A stretch of DNA of 64,000 nt from Planktothrix sp. GU0601_MAG3 (GCA_035193785.1 CP136572.1:4532578-4596577); one strand, 5' to 3'. Shown: positions 1-12,522, counted from the stretch's first letter. Notes: a model not told the origin generated them from the sequence alone. Numbers and translations are program-made.

Positions 1-312
1 AGTCGGGGTGCACTAAACGCATCTAATTGTTGGATAACTTTCGGTTCTCCAATTTTAACTTGTTCAGGTTTTAAAACCACAGGAAACCGGAACAACTAAA
101 GCAAAATCTTTTACTGCTCCTTGATAATCATTTGCCATGGTTAAAATTGTCCGATTTTTGTCTCTGGCAATTACAACTTGTGAGGCTTGATTATATAAAG
201 TAGCATCGGCTTTTGCCACATAAAATCCACAAAATGCCAAGGCGGGGGCAGCAAAACTAATACCAGCAAAAACAACAATTAAAAAGAGAATTAACCGATT
301 TAAACCTTTCAT
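1..312 (-). CDS. DUF2330-family secreted protein, N-terminal part (runs off window; apparent frameshift at GAAAC 83-87)
   Basis: Signal peptide followed by FCGFYVAKADATLYNQASQVVIARD..TILTMANDYQGAVKDFALVVPVP, typical of the DUF2330 N-terminus; removing one base restores VVPVPV. Confidence 0.7.
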
Positions 313-336
313 AATTAACTCCTGTTAAAATAGGGT

Positions 337-1197
337 CTAAAAAGAGGCAGATAAGGGCAAATATTTCAGGGATTTTGCAGACCAAGAAAAGCGATGATTT
401 TGAAAGATTTTATCTAAAATTATGGTCAGGGGAGAGAGGGCAAATAAAGCCCAAAATAGAGCAGTCGAGATAAAAAATTGATGTTGTAAAATAAAGGTTA
501 GTCCGGCTATTAATACCGCCCAAATAATTCGGCTGAAGGTAGCATTGGGAATCGAACGCGGATCGGTAATCATAAAGAAAGCGAATAGTAATAAACTACC
601 ATTCATAAGTTGATGGGCATAAACATCCCAACCCCAACCTAGACTAAAATTGCGTCCGGCTTCTAAGGCCATATAGGTAATTAAAAAGGCGGCGGAAGTA
701 TCCCAGCGACCCACTTTTTTCAGAATGATTCCTGCGGTTCCTAAAAATAGCAATAAATACCAGGAATCGGTTCCCCATTGTCCGGGGGAAACCCAAGCAT
801 CGGCGCTTAGAGTTAGGGCAATAATAATCCCAAAGTTAGCGGGATTAAAAAAATGTTTTCCCTGGGATTGAAAGATAAATTTACTGGCGATCGCACAACA
901 TCCAGCTATAACTAAAGTTGTCCAATGATTGGCTCTGAGCAATAAACATAACCCTAATGTGGTAATTAAAGCACTACGCCAAGATCCTAAAAATTCCGGG
1001 GATAAAAGGGTGATCTTTTTGTTAATATAAAAGGAGGTAATTGAGGAAAATAACCATTGAGTTAATAAACAACTTAACCCAATGATCAGTATAAAATCCG
1101 GTCGTAATGTCCAGTCTCTGGTTCCAATTCCTAGGAGCAAAAACATTGAGAGAAATAGGATTTGAGTGTTACGAGCATCTTTAAACATGATATTCAC
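337..1197 (-). CDS. RnfD/NqrB-family integral membrane protein
   Basis: Hydrophobic protein with KHFFNPANFG and FFMITDPRS motifs; lies next to DUF2330. Confidence 0.75.
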   Translation of the reverse strand: MNIMFKDARNTQILFLSMFLLLGIGTRDWTLRPDFILIIGLSCLLTQWLFSSITSFYINKKITLLSPEFLGSWRSALITTLGLCLLLRANHWTTLVIAGCCAIASKFIFQSQGKHFFNPANFGIIIALTLSADAWVSPGQWGTDSWYLLLFLGTAGIILKKVGRWDTSAAFLITYMALEAGRNFSLGWGWDVYAHQLMNGSLLLFAFFMITDPRSIPNATFSRIIWAVLIAGLTFILQHQFFISTALFWALFALSPLTIILDKIFQNHRFSWSAKSLKYLPLSASF

Positions 1198-1209
1198 CTG
1201 AAATTAAGA

Positions 1210-2251
1210 TTAAAGTAAAAGCAGTTGAATCCACTCATCCAATCGTTGACGATTTTCTTCTGTTAATTGTTGCCCTAATTTAGCAATTTCGTTCAAATTG
1301 GCTTCCGACGCATCATCCATTCTTAGGGTTTTACGACTTTCCAACACCGTATTAATTCGCAAATAGTTTTCAGGATGTTCTGTGGTATCAAAGATCTGTT
1401 GCATTTGATAGTCAACGGTTTCCGCTACCCCGGTCATAATAATATCAAATAAGGGCTCAAGCCATTGTAATTTTCCCCAATCTTTTGCTTCTTCATAGGG
1501 ATATTTCTTTTTAACAATTCCCGTACCTAAAGATAAAACCACCATTTCTTTAGCGGTTGGGCCTTTGTCATAGCGATTATCGAGATTAAAGTCACGATTA
1601 AATTTATGTCGAGCTTCTGCATAGGCACAAAGAGTGGGATTATTCGCAAAAACTCCTCCATCAATACAGGTATAAACATCCTGATTCATCGCCTTAATTT
1701 GAGACACTTCAAATAAGGTAGGGGCGGCGGAAGTGGCTCGTAAAACATCTTTGATAAAATAATCATCTTTGGGGTCTAAAATAGCATCATGTTGGGTAAA
1801 AAATTGACTTTTTCGCCTTTCTATTTCATAGCTAGTAATTAAGCAGGGTTTCAGGAGTTCGCTCAATTTAAGATCTTTAAAAAAATCACCCATGATCTGA
1901 TCAAACTTTTGATAGGAGTATTTTTCATTAAATAATTCTCCCAAGACTGGCAAAGAATTTTTAGCCACAGGATCAAAGATTTGACTTGATTCATACCGAA
2001 AAAAATCATAAACTTCCTGAGCAGAACATCTGGGTCTGAGGGGATTTTCAGGATCGGGGCAAAGGTAAAGAGCAGTTAAAATTCCTCCAACGCTAGTTTC
2101 CCGCAATTAAGTCAAAATAATCCGCAATTCTCGCATCGGAGTTTCCCGTAAAATCCTGTAATTTCTGTTCGATATACTTTAAAACTTCGGCGGAAATTAT
2201 TCCCCGCAGTCCACCGCCATCTAAGGAAAGAATCCGAGTAAATTGTGCCAT
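1210..2251 (-). CDS. Patatin-like phospholipase (apparent frameshift at GTTTC 2096-2100)
   Basis: ATG 2251 gives [19 protein letters not shown]; the G-T-S-V-G nucleophile elbow is restored by a -1 correction; SAAP and DGGVFANNP present. Confidence 0.85.
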
Positions 2252-2290
2252 ATTTTAAGATTGTCTCCTATTTTAAAATAATCAATTAGT

Positions 2291-2926
2291 TTACAATATA
2301 TTCCATTTTTGAGATAAGTGATCTCTAATATCAAAAAAATCTGTCCAATTAATATAGGGTTTTTGATATTCGTCTAAATATTTTGCCAAGCGATCGCGAG
2401 CAAAAACAAGTGGTGCTGCTAAGGCCATATTTAAGTCGGTAATCGAATCTCCAATGGCAATTTTTTCCGCATGGGAATAGCGTTCCATGACTTTAACTTT
2501 AGCTACTAATTCCGTGTCGGCTTCAAACTCAGAATTAACTTGAAAACACTCCTTTGATGTGTCTAAATCAACGGCATACATCCCATCAATTTTTTGACTT
2601 AAATCTCCTAAAACCGTTTCAACCATCACCCTAACCCCTCCTGAAACCAGAATAAAAGGAACTTTTTGGGTATTAAGAAAATCCAAAAATTCCACAAATC
2701 CAGGTCGTATTTTTTTGGTTCGAGAAAATTCTATAATTTCAGGATAACAACGGGATGGAATCGATTCTAACATGGTTCTAACTCCTTCTCTTAATGTCAT
2801 TTCCTGCCGATATAATAAGGGCATAATTTCCGCCGCCTTTTCTGGAGCAAATTCTTTTAACATCGCTACAAAGGTTTCTTCTGCGGTAATTGTTCCATCA
2901 AAGTCACAAAAAATAATCGGGTTCAT
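2291..2926 (-). CDS. HAD-IB phosphatase, MtnX-like
   Basis: IFCDFDGTIT motif I, VSGG and IGDSITD; likely start MNPIIF at 2926. Confidence 0.8.
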   Translation of the reverse strand: MNPIIFCDFDGTITAEETFVAMLKEFAPEKAAEIMPLLYRQEMTLREGVRTMLESIPSRCYPEIIEFSRTKKIRPGFVEFLDFLNTQKVPFILVSGGVRVMVETVLGDLSQKIDGMYAVDLDTSKECFQVNSEFEADTELVAKVKVMERYSHAEKIAIGDSITDLNMALAAPLVFARDRLAKYLDEYQKPYINWTDFFDIRDHLSQKWNIL

Positions 2927-3047
2927 AATCAGTTTAGGTAGGTTATTAGTTATAATGGGGAAAATTTGTCGGTTTGTTGTTGGGATGCGGAGTCCACTAA
3001 GAGCGCTGAAGCGCAACAACAAGCGCAACAACAAGCGCAAAAACGAG

Positions 3048-5235
3048 TTAATTAGGGTGCTGTCGCCAGTATTCTCTCACCATTTTTATTTCTTCATAAT
3101 TATAGTTTTCTCCCAAACATTCATAAATTGTTTTTAAGCTGATATCTCCAACTTTTTTGATGGCTTGAATAATGTTTTTTTGCCGTTCAGGTTCAACAAA
3201 TTTATCGATATCTATATTCTGATTAGCGGCAATTAATTGGGTTAAATGATCGGCAATTGTACTGGTTTTTAATCCTCGTTCATTGGCGATCGCATTCAAA
3301 CTCAGACCGTCTTGATATAAGGATAAAGTCGTAATTAAACTATCGGATAAATCCTCCAGGGTTAGGCGTTTAGATTCTGATTTTTTAGCGGAAGAATTGG
3401 GCGGTTTTTGTCCGTGACAATAGGTAAAAATCGCTTCAGTAAATTGTTGACCATAACGTTCTAATTTATAACTACCGACTCCAGAAATTTGACTTAATTC
3501 TTCTAAAGTTTGGGGTCGTTGTTGTGACATTAATTTTAACGTAGAATCGGAAAAAACCATATAGGGAGGAATAGATTGTTCATCGGCTAATTTTTTCCGC
3601 AGTTGGCGCAACTGTTCAAATAGCATTTCTACTTCTATGGCTAAAGAACGAGTTGATTTTTCGACATTTTGTTCTTTAATAACAGTAATTTCAACGGTTC
3701 TTTCCCGTTTCATTACCTCCCAACTGCGGGAATTTAACTTTAAAATTGCATAGCCATCGGTGGTTTGATCCAAAAGTCCTTGACGTAAAAGCGATCGCCC
3801 TAAATTCTTCCATTCTTCTGCCGTTTTATCCTTACCAATACCATAGGTAGAAAGTTGATCATGGCGTCGCTCCAGAATTTTTTGACTTTTCGATCCTCTT
3901 AATACATCAATAATATAATTCATCCCAAATCTTTCATGGCATCTAGCAATACAGGATAAAAATTTCATCGCCTCAGTTGTCCAGTCTTCCACCGGATTTT
4001 GAGTCTGACAATTATCACATTTTGCACAATTTTCCGAGAAAAATTCCCCAAAATAACTTAATTGAACGGTGCGCCGACATTCCGATGCTTCTGCATAATC
4101 TAACATCTGCCGTAACTGTTGACGGGCGATGCGTTGTTCATCGGGATCGGGTTTTTGTTCAATCAAATATTCAATGGTTTTAATATCACCATAACTAAAA
4201 AATAACGTACATCTAGCGGATTCTCCATCCCGTCCCGCCCGTCCTGATTCTTGATAATAACTTTCTAAGGTTCGAGGTAAACTATAATGAATTACAAAGC
4301 GAACATCGGGCTTATTAATTCCCATACCAAAAGCAACCGTCGCCACCATAATTTGAACATCATCCCGAATAAACCGAGTCTGATTTTCTGACCGGATTTG
4401 ATCTTCAAGTCCAGCATGATAGGGTAGGGCTGAAATCCCATGATTTTGTAATCTAAATGCCAAATCTTCTACATTTTTTCGACTTAAACAATAGATAATT
4501 CCCGAACCTCCCACATCCTGAATAATTTTTAATAGCTGGGTAAAGGTTTGTTTTTTCTTGGGAATAACTTCATAATATAAATTAGGACGATTAAAACTAG
4601 CAACATGAATATAGGGATTTTTCAACTCTAACTGTTGAATAATATCCTGTCTCACCCTTTTAGTTGCTGTTGCTGTTAAGGCTAAAACCGGAATTTTAGG
4701 ATAACGAATGCGCAGTTGTTTTAATTTTCGATATTCTGGGCGAAAATCATGTCCCCATTCAGAAACACAGTGGGCTTCATCAATGGCAAAAGCCGAGACT
4801 CCTAATTGAGTTTCTATTGTGTCTAAAAATAATAAAAATCTTTCGGATAATAATCGTTCTGGGGCAACATAAAGCAGTTTAATATCTCCGCGCAAAATGG
4901 CTAATTCCCTTGATTTTGCTTCCGCAGGCGTTAAGGTACTATTGAGAAAGGTAGCACCAACTCCATTATCTTGTAATGCCTCAACTTGATCCTGCATTAA
5001 GGCAATTAAGGGCGAGACCACAATCATTAATCCAGGTTTTAATAAAGCTGGAAGTTGAAAACACAGAGACTTTCCCCCCCCGGTGGGCATAATAATTAAT
5101 AAATCTCGCTTTTGTAGCGCCTGATCAATTATTTCGCGCTGTCCGGGTCGAAAGGAATCATAACCAAAAAAATGTTTAAGAGACTGTTTCTAGGGATTGG
5201 GGTTGGGCAAAGGGAGTAGAAATTAGCCCTGACAT
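3048..5235 (-). CDS. recQ: ATP-dependent DNA helicase RecQ (apparent frameshift at GTTTC 5186-5190)
   Basis: MPTGGGKS, DEAHCVSEWGHDFRP, QESGRAGRDG, Zn/RQC and HRDC regions; corrected N-terminus reads ..SLEQSLKHFFGYDSFRPGQ. Confidence 0.95.
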
Positions 5236-5397
5236 TGCTCGTAATTTAGATAAAACGTCTTTTTTATTTTATAATTAAAATGGGGTGAATAGCTGGGATA
5301 TCCTGATCATTTTTGAAGATTGTGAACCCAGAACTGTTATTTGATGCCTCAAAGGTGTTAAATTTTAAAATAAAGTTACAAAGTTTAGAGGAGATTT

Positions 5398-5682
5398 ATG
5401 CCGAAAGCGGTTTGGAATGGTGCAGTTTTGGCAGAAAGTGACAAATGCGTTGTCGTTGATGGTAATCAATATTTTCCCTCGGACTCCATCAAGCGTGAAT
5501 ATTTCCAAGAAAGTAACACCCATACAACTTGTAGTTGGAAAGGGGTGGCTAGTTATTATGATGTCGTGGTTGATGGGCAAAAAAATAAGGATGCCGCTTG
5601 GTATTATCCCGAACCCAAATCGGCAGCTAAAAATATTGAAGGTTATATTGCCTTTTGGAAAGGAGTTAAAGTTGAACTTTAA
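5398..5682 (+). CDS. DUF427 family protein
   Basis: AVWNGAVLAESD..GNQYFP..TTCSWKGVASYY..AAWYYPEPK; GAGGAG RBS upstream. Confidence 0.85.
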   Translation: MPKAVWNGAVLAESDKCVVVDGNQYFPSDSIKREYFQESNTHTTCSWKGVASYYDVVVDGQKNKDAAWYYPEPKSAAKNIEGYIAFWKGVKVEL

Positions 5683-5818
5683 TTAGAAGTAAAATTTTTT
5701 CAGTCGGGGTAATTCATCAATTGCCCCTACTACAGAGATGATGCGAAAGTCCTGTTAAAAATAACAATAATTTTGAGACAATAGAGTATTCTTTTATTTA
5801 GATTAATCTTTAGAAACT

Positions 5819-7919
5819 GTGCAACCTTATCCTCCAGAATCCTTTAATTCCCATCAACTCCCGAATCAACGGTGGTATATTTTCCCGCAAAAATCTGACC
5901 TGGCTCAACAATTGGCAGATACCCTGGGAATTATCCCCTTAGTCACCCAAGTTTTAATTAATCGTGGGATTGAAACCCCGGAAACAGGCGGAGGCTTTTT
6001 TAACTCCTGAATCTCAAATTTTACCCTCTCCCCTAGAGGAATTTAAGGATTTAGAAAAAAGTGTAGAATTATTAGAAAATGCGATTAATCAGGGAGATAA
6101 AATCGCAATTTGTGGGGATTATGATGCCGATGGTATGACCAGTACGGCTTTATTAATGCGATCGCTTTCTGCCCTGGGAGCTAATGTTAATTACGCTATT
6201 CCTAGCCGCATGAAAGAAGGCTATGGAATTAATACCCGAATAGTAGAAGAATTCCACCAAGAAGACGTTAAAATTATCCTGACGGTTGATAATGGGATTT
6301 CTGCCTATCAACCCATTGCTAGGGCTAAAGAATTAGGGTTAATTGTAATTATTACCGATCACCATGATTTACCTGAACAATTACCTCCAGCCGATGCCAT
6401 TCTCAATCCTAAATTATTACCTTTATTGTCCCCCTATCGAGGATTAGCCGGGGTGGGAGTTGCCTATGTTTTAGCCATTTGTTTGGCTCAAAAACTCGGT
6501 AAAATGCAAGGATTAGTCAATCCTTTGTTAGAATTATTTACATTAGGAACCATTGCCGATTTAGCCCCCTTAGTGGGAGTTAACCGCCGTTGGTTAAAAC
6601 GCGGGTTAAAGTTAATTCCCTATTCCCAAATCACCGGAATTCAAGCCCTAATTCAAGTGGCTGGAGTCTCCACCGGATATCAAGCAAAATCGGAAGAACA
6701 GCCGGAAAATTCCCTCCCATCTACCAATACTAAAACCCTAAAACCCGATGATATTGGCTTTCGTTTGGGGCCAAGAATTAACGCCATTGGACGGTTAGCT
6801 GATCCCCAAATTGTGATAGAATTATTAACCACAGAAAATATGGGAATTGCCTTAGAACGGGCAATGCAATGTGAACAAATCAATCAACAACGACAACTAT
6901 TATGTGAAGAAATTCAACAGGAAGCGATCGCTTGGGTTGAAGAACAACAGATTGATTTTAAACAAGAACGGGTGTTAGTTGTTGTCCAACCAGAATGGCA
7001 TCATGGCGTGATTGGAATTGTTGCTTCTCGGTTAGTAGAAAGATATGGTGTTCCCGTGTTTATTGGAACCTATGAACAGTCAGAAGATGATACAGAATCC
7101 CCTAAAATAGTTCGAGGTTCAGCCCGGGGAATTTTGGAATTTGATATTTTTAAAGCCTTGGAATATTGTCAAGATTTACTGGGTAAATTCGGAGGACATA
7201 AAGCCGCCGGAGGGTTTTCTTTCCCCGCAGAAAACTTGGAGCAAATTAAAACCCGTTTAAGTGAATTTGCCCATCAATGTTTAGAATTAGAACATCTTAA
7301 ACCCTTAATTAAAATTGATGCTCAAGCCAATTTAAGTGAAATTAATTTTAATCTCTATGATCAAATTAATCAACTCCATCCCTGTGGCATAGAAAATAAC
7401 GCCCCCACCTTTTGGACACCTAACGTGCGAATTGTTAAACAAAAAGTTGTGGGAAAAGGACATATTAAACTTACCTTAACCCAAGATAAATTTTCCCATA
7501 CTCAACTAACTGCCTTACCCACAATTAATGCCATGGCTTGGCGTTGGGCGGACTATTTTCCCCTTCCCCACTGTTTAGATATCGCCTATCAATTAAAAGA
7601 AAATAACTGGAATGGTCAAACCAATATTGAGTTAGAATTAGTTGGGGCAAGATTACCCGAATCTCCAGAAATCCAACATTCTCAAGTTAATAAAAGTGTA
7701 GAATTTGACTATAATAATAAACAATATAGTTGTAGTTTATCTTATATTGGTGAAACCCAAGAATTAAAAATCCGTAATCAGAAAGGGGAAGTATTAGCTA
7801 TAAAAAAAGGTCAACGTTTTGGACTCTTAGGAAAAAGCCGTCAGGATGCTCAAACTGTTGATGTGTCCCAACCTGTTTTTTATAATTTAATTCAGGCGGC
7901 AGTTAGAGCGTTAGAATAA
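5819..7919 (+). CDS. recJ: ssDNA exonuclease RecJ (apparent frameshift at GAAAC 5981-5985)
   Basis: GDYDADG, TVDNG, TDHH, GTIAD, PRINAIGR and FGGHKAAGG DHH-family motifs. Confidence 0.92.
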
Positions 7920-7972
7920 AGTGATAGTTAGTAACCGTTCTAAAATCTAACAATGTACCTGGTATTTGATCA

Positions 7973-9605
7973 ATGGCTAACAAAAATCAACACTCAACCG
8001 AAGAACAACTTTTAGTTCAAAATCATGCCCGAATTGGTCAAGGTTTAATTTATTTGGCGCAAGGTTTATTAATGTTTGTTAAAGAAACTTTACAACGCCG
8101 TTGTGGGAATAATTGGGAAACTGTTGTAAAAAACTGTTTGGCTGATAAACAATTTCATATTCAAGGCGATCAAGTTAATATTGAAGATTGCCAAGCTTTA
8201 CTCCAAATTATTATTAAAGAACGAGATGGGGCTTTTTACAATACTCTGAGTCGGGATAATATTAGTTTGATCTTTGATTTAGGGGATATTCGTCGAAAAT
8301 GGGCTCATCCTCGGCTTAATGATTGGATTAAATTAAAATACTTTACTTCTCAATATACCTATCGTTCTTTAGATAAAATGTTACAAGTTCTTGAAGCCAT
8401 TCAAGCTAAAGATGGAATCGGTGAAGTCAAACAATTAATGGCTGAAGTCCTCCCTCTGTTACAAGAAAAGCCTGAATATGAGAATCAATTACAATCTCGT
8501 TTAATTCAGGAAAAAACAGAAGGATTTGTTGGACGTGAATTTGTTTTTGATGCCATTCAAACCTTTTTAGATCATCAACCTAATGGTTATTTTATAATAG
8601 AAGGAGATCCGGGCATTGGCAAAAGTGCAATTTTAGCGAAATATGTTGAGGAAACCGGATGTGTTGCCCATTTTAATGTTCGTTTCTCTGGGAGTTAACC
8701 GCGCCGAAAACTTTTTAGAAAGTATTTGCACTCAACTGATTAGCCGTTATAATTTACCATATCCTAATTTACCTGCGGACGCTAGAAAAGACGGTCAATT
8801 TTTTGCTAAACTATTAGATGAGATTGTTAGCAAGCAGAAATCAGGAACAAAACTTATCATCGCTGTTGACGCATTAGATGAAGTAGATCACAGTGATCAT
8901 AGCGGGGCGAATATCCTGTATTTACCGATTATCTTACCGAAAGGAGTTTATTTTCTACTTACGCAACGACCTATTAGCCTACCTTTGACGGTTACTACAC
9001 CTATTCATCGGTTTAACCTGATGCAATATCAAGCGGAGAGTTTAGCAGATATTAAAACCTATATTCGGGAGGCATTAAAGCGTCCTCAGTTAAACGCATG
9101 GGTGCAAAATCAAGGGTTAACTGAAGAAAATTTTATCACACAATTAGCGGATAAAAGTGAAAATAATTTCATGTATTTACGCTATATTTTAGGCGATATT
9201 GAAATAGGGAAATATCAAAATTTAACGATTAATCAACTTCCCCAAGGGTTGCAAGCCTATTATGAAGACCATTGGCGACAAATGGGGATGATGACGAAAC
9301 CCTTACCCCGAACAAAAATTAAAATTGTTTATATTTTATCGGAATTACGGGAAACAGTCTCCCGTGATTTAATTGTTGATTTTGTTCAAGAAGATGCGTT
9401 AACTGTTCAAGAAGTGTTAGAAGAGTGGGAACAATTTTTGCGTGAAGAAGTGATAGGTGGCGAAACTCGTTATGGGATTTATCATCAAAGTTTTTGCGAC
9501 TTTTTAGCGCGTAAAGATATTGTCCAGGCGGCAGGAGTCACCTTATCAGGAATTAATGCTCAAATTGCCGATAATTTAACCGGAGGAATCTTTGGTCATG
9601 GGTGA
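7973..9605 (+). CDS. Swt1-like HEPN domain fused to NACHT/STAND-type ATPase (apparent frameshift at GTTTC 8682-8686)
   Basis: N-terminal LGDIRRKWAH..YTYRSLDKMLQVLEAI (RxxxxH, Swt1-like HEPN pattern); FVGRE, Walker A GDPGIGKS, Walker B LIIAVDALDE, C-terminal IYHQSF winged-helix motif. Confidence 0.75.
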
Positions 9606-12522
9606 AATTCGCGTTTGGTTAGATACTATGACTCCTGAAAAACGAGAATATACATTAAAGTATACTCCTAGTCATTTAGCAAAAGCAGGGTCTGTTAATC
9701 AGTTATTTTGTTGTTTAACAAGTTTTGAGTTTATTCAGGCAAAATTATTGATTTGTGGAGTCGAAGCGTTAATAGAAGATTATCAGTTAGGATTAAATAG
9801 TGCCAATATTATCTTATCAGAAGAACAAGCACAAACCTTGAGATCAATACAAGGTGCTATTCGCCTAGCTTCTCATATTTTAAAAGAAGATAAAACTCAA
9901 TTAGCAGCACAGCTAGTCGGACGTTTACTGGAGTTTGAAAATCCTCTGATTCAAAATTTTTTAGAAGACATCAAAATTAATCAAACAACACCTTGGTTAC
10001 GTCCATTAGAAGGAAGTTTAACAAAACCTGATAGTCCCTTGTTGCGGACTCTTGTGGGTCACACCGATGAAATATTAGCGTTAGAAGTGACTCCTGATAG
10101 TCAATGGTTAATTTCGGCTTCTGAGGATCATACAATTAAGGTTTGGGATATTGCAACTGGACAAGAAATTTATACCTTAACAGGTCACACCGGAAGTGTA
10201 TTAACTTTGGTTTTAACTTCTGATGGGAAACAAGTGATTTCAGGGTCAGCAGACCATACAATTAAAGTTTGGAGCTTAGAAACTGGACAGGAAATTTATA
10301 CTTTGAGGAGTCATCAAGGAATTATCCCGACATTAGCATTAAGTTCTGATGGTAAAATATTGTATTCCGGTTCTGAGGATAAAACGGTTAAACTGTGGAG
10401 TTTAGAAACACAACAAGAAATTGCTGGTTTTGAATGTCAACAAAGTATTCTTTCTTTAGCAGTTACACCAGACAACAATAAGTTAATTGCTTGTTTAGAA
10501 AATGGTTTTTTACAAATTTGGGATTTGAAAACATTAAGTTTAGTCAATAATTGGGTTATCTTGAAAATTGAAAAAAATCCAATACGTTTATATAATGCTG
10601 TTCCTGATATATTAAATTTGATATCAGAATATCATCAAAATAGACATAATTTTGAATTAAGTTCCTTAATTGAAGTATTTTCAAGATTTAAAATTTTATA
10701 TATAAAAAATAACTTTTTGTGTTTAAATATAAACCATAAAAATAATACTTTTTCTTACACAGATAGCTTTATTTGTACTCTAAATATTGATTTTCCATCA
10801 ATATTTATTATTGAACTTAAATTAAGTTCTAATGGGATCGTCAATACAAAATTTACTCATAATCTACAAAACTTAATTTACTCTTATAATTACTACGATG
10901 ATATAGGTAACTCGCTAGTTTCTGATATGAAGACAATTATTTATGATTGGGAAAACGAAGAAGAAATCAATAATTTTAATCAATATTTCTCTGATTTTCA
11001 ATTTACTCCTAATCAAGATAAATTTATAGGTATTTTAGGAGAAAATACTATTCAAATTTTTGATTGGCATAAAATGATCAATTTTATTGAAAAAGAAAAT
11101 AAACAAAATATTTATCCTACATCTCTCAAAATTACTGATGATGAAAAATGGTTAATTGTTTATTATATCAGCAATGATATTGGAGAGAATAGTTTTATGC
11201 TTTATAGTCTAGAATCAAGAGCATTTCACCTAGATGATGCACTAGATTATATAAAAATTAGTTCTGATAGTAAATACATAGTTTGGAGACCTTTTTTATC
11301 CGATGAATTAAAAGTCTATGATCTTGAAAAAAATGAAGTTATTTTAAATTTAGAAGATGAATCAGAAGTTCATTCTTTTTCTTCTAAAACCACGAAAATA
11401 CATGATAATTTTCTATTTACGATAGATAATCATAAATTTTTAGTTTATGATTTACAGGATAAAGATAATATAAAAGAGTTGGATGAAGAAATTATTGATT
11501 TCCATATTTTAGAAGGAACTTCAAAATTTATTATTTGCCTTCCAGATAAAACTATAAAATTTATAGACGTTGAGGAAGATAGAATTATTGAATTTAATCA
11601 ATATAAAGAAGAAAAATATATTTTAATGGAGGAAAAAATATTAGAATCAAGAAAAATAAAAATATTAGAATCAAGAAAAACCAATGCGTTAGAAGAAGAT
11701 GATGAAGATCTATTATTTAGTTTTTTTGGTTTAGATACCTATAAAATATTACCTTATATAGAATCAGTCCTAGCCAATGATAAATTTGCTATTTCTGGCT
11801 ATTATGGTGGACATCATGAAAAAAGATCAGAGAAAACCATTTGGAATATAGAGACAGGAGAAGAATTATTTTGTGTGGATGGAGAATTTATTACAGTTAC
11901 TCCTGATGCAAAAAAAGCAATATTTTATTCTTTAAAAGACTCAAAAAATATTCATAATGAATCTATATTTCATACTTTGATAAGTTGGAGTTTAGAACAA
12001 ACTTATACAATTACTAACAATACAGCATCAATCAAGTTTATAGATGTAACGAAAGATAGTAAGTTACTTTTTATCCAAACATTTGAAAAAAATAATGATG
12101 CAATACTTCGTAATTTAGAAGTTTGGAATTTAGAAACAGGTCAACAAGTTTATACAATCAATTTAACAGGATCTATTTTATTTGTTCAAATAAACACTGA
12201 TAATAGTAGAATGCTTGTAGCTACAAATGATCAATATTTGAGAATTTTTAACTTAGAAACTGGACAGGAAATTTTTAAAATAAAAAATCAGTGGAATGAT
12301 TCTCAAAAAGAAGTAACTATTACTCCAGATTTTCAAAAAGTTATTTCAATTTATAAAAGCAATAATCTAATCGTCTGGGACTTAGAGACAGGAAAAGTTA
12401 AAGCTACTTTTACAGCCGATAATCCTTTAGCTTGTTACACGGTTTCTCCTGATGGAAAAACAATTGTAGCTGCTGAAACATTCAGAAAACTTCATTTCCT
12501 AACCTTAGAAGATGGAGAATAA
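9598..12522 (+). CDS. WD40-repeat protein with N-terminal APAF-1-like helical domain
   Basis: HLAKAG..LTSFEFIQAKL..ALIEDY..AIRLASHIL..QLAAQLVGRL, then GH..WD repeats; ATG overlaps the ATPase stop. Confidence 0.8.
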   Translation: MGEIRVWLDTMTPEKREYTLKYTPSHLAKAGSVNQLFCCLTSFEFIQAKLLICGVEALIEDYQLGLNSANIILSEEQAQTLRSIQGAIRLASHILKEDKTQLAAQLVGRLLEFENPLIQNFLEDIKINQTTPWLRPLEGSLTKPDSPLLRTLVGHTDEILALEVTPDSQWLISASEDHTIKVWDIATGQEIYTLTGHTGSVLTLVLTSDGKQVISGSADHTIKVWSLETGQEIYTLRSHQGIIPTLALSSDGKILYSGSEDKTVKLWSLETQQEIAGFECQQSILSLAVTPDNNKLIACLENGFLQIWDLKTLSLVNNWVILKIEKNPIRLYNAVPDILNLISEYHQNRHNFELSSLIEVFSRFKILYIKNNFLCLNINHKNNTFSYTDSFICTLNIDFPSIFIIELKLSSNGIVNTKFTHNLQNLIYSYNYYDDIGNSLVSDMKTIIYDWENEEEINNFNQYFSDFQFTPNQDKFIGILGENTIQIFDWHKMINFIEKENKQNIYPTSLKITDDEKWLIVYYISNDIGENSFMLYSLESRAFHLDDALDYIKISSDSKYIVWRPFLSDELKVYDLEKNEVILNLEDESEVHSFSSKTTKIHDNFLFTIDNHKFLVYDLQDKDNIKELDEEIIDFHILEGTSKFIICLPDKTIKFIDVEEDRIIEFNQYKEEKYILMEEKILESRKIKILESRKTNALEEDDEDLLFSFFGLDTYKILPYIESVLANDKFAISGYYGGHHEKRSEKTIWNIETGEELFCVDGEFITVTPDAKKAIFYSLKDSKNIHNESIFHTLISWSLEQTYTITNNTASIKFIDVTKDSKLLFIQTFEKNNDAILRNLEVWNLETGQQVYTINLTGSILFVQINTDNSRMLVATNDQYLRIFNLETGQEIFKIKNQWNDSQKEVTITPDFQKVISIYKSNNLIVWDLETGKVKATFTADNPLACYTVSPDGKTIVAAETFRKLHFLTLEDGE

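Noticed and set aside
1210..2251. Patatin as a CBASS CapV effector
   Set aside because: No CD-NTase or other CBASS gene is adjacent; the context is housekeeping.
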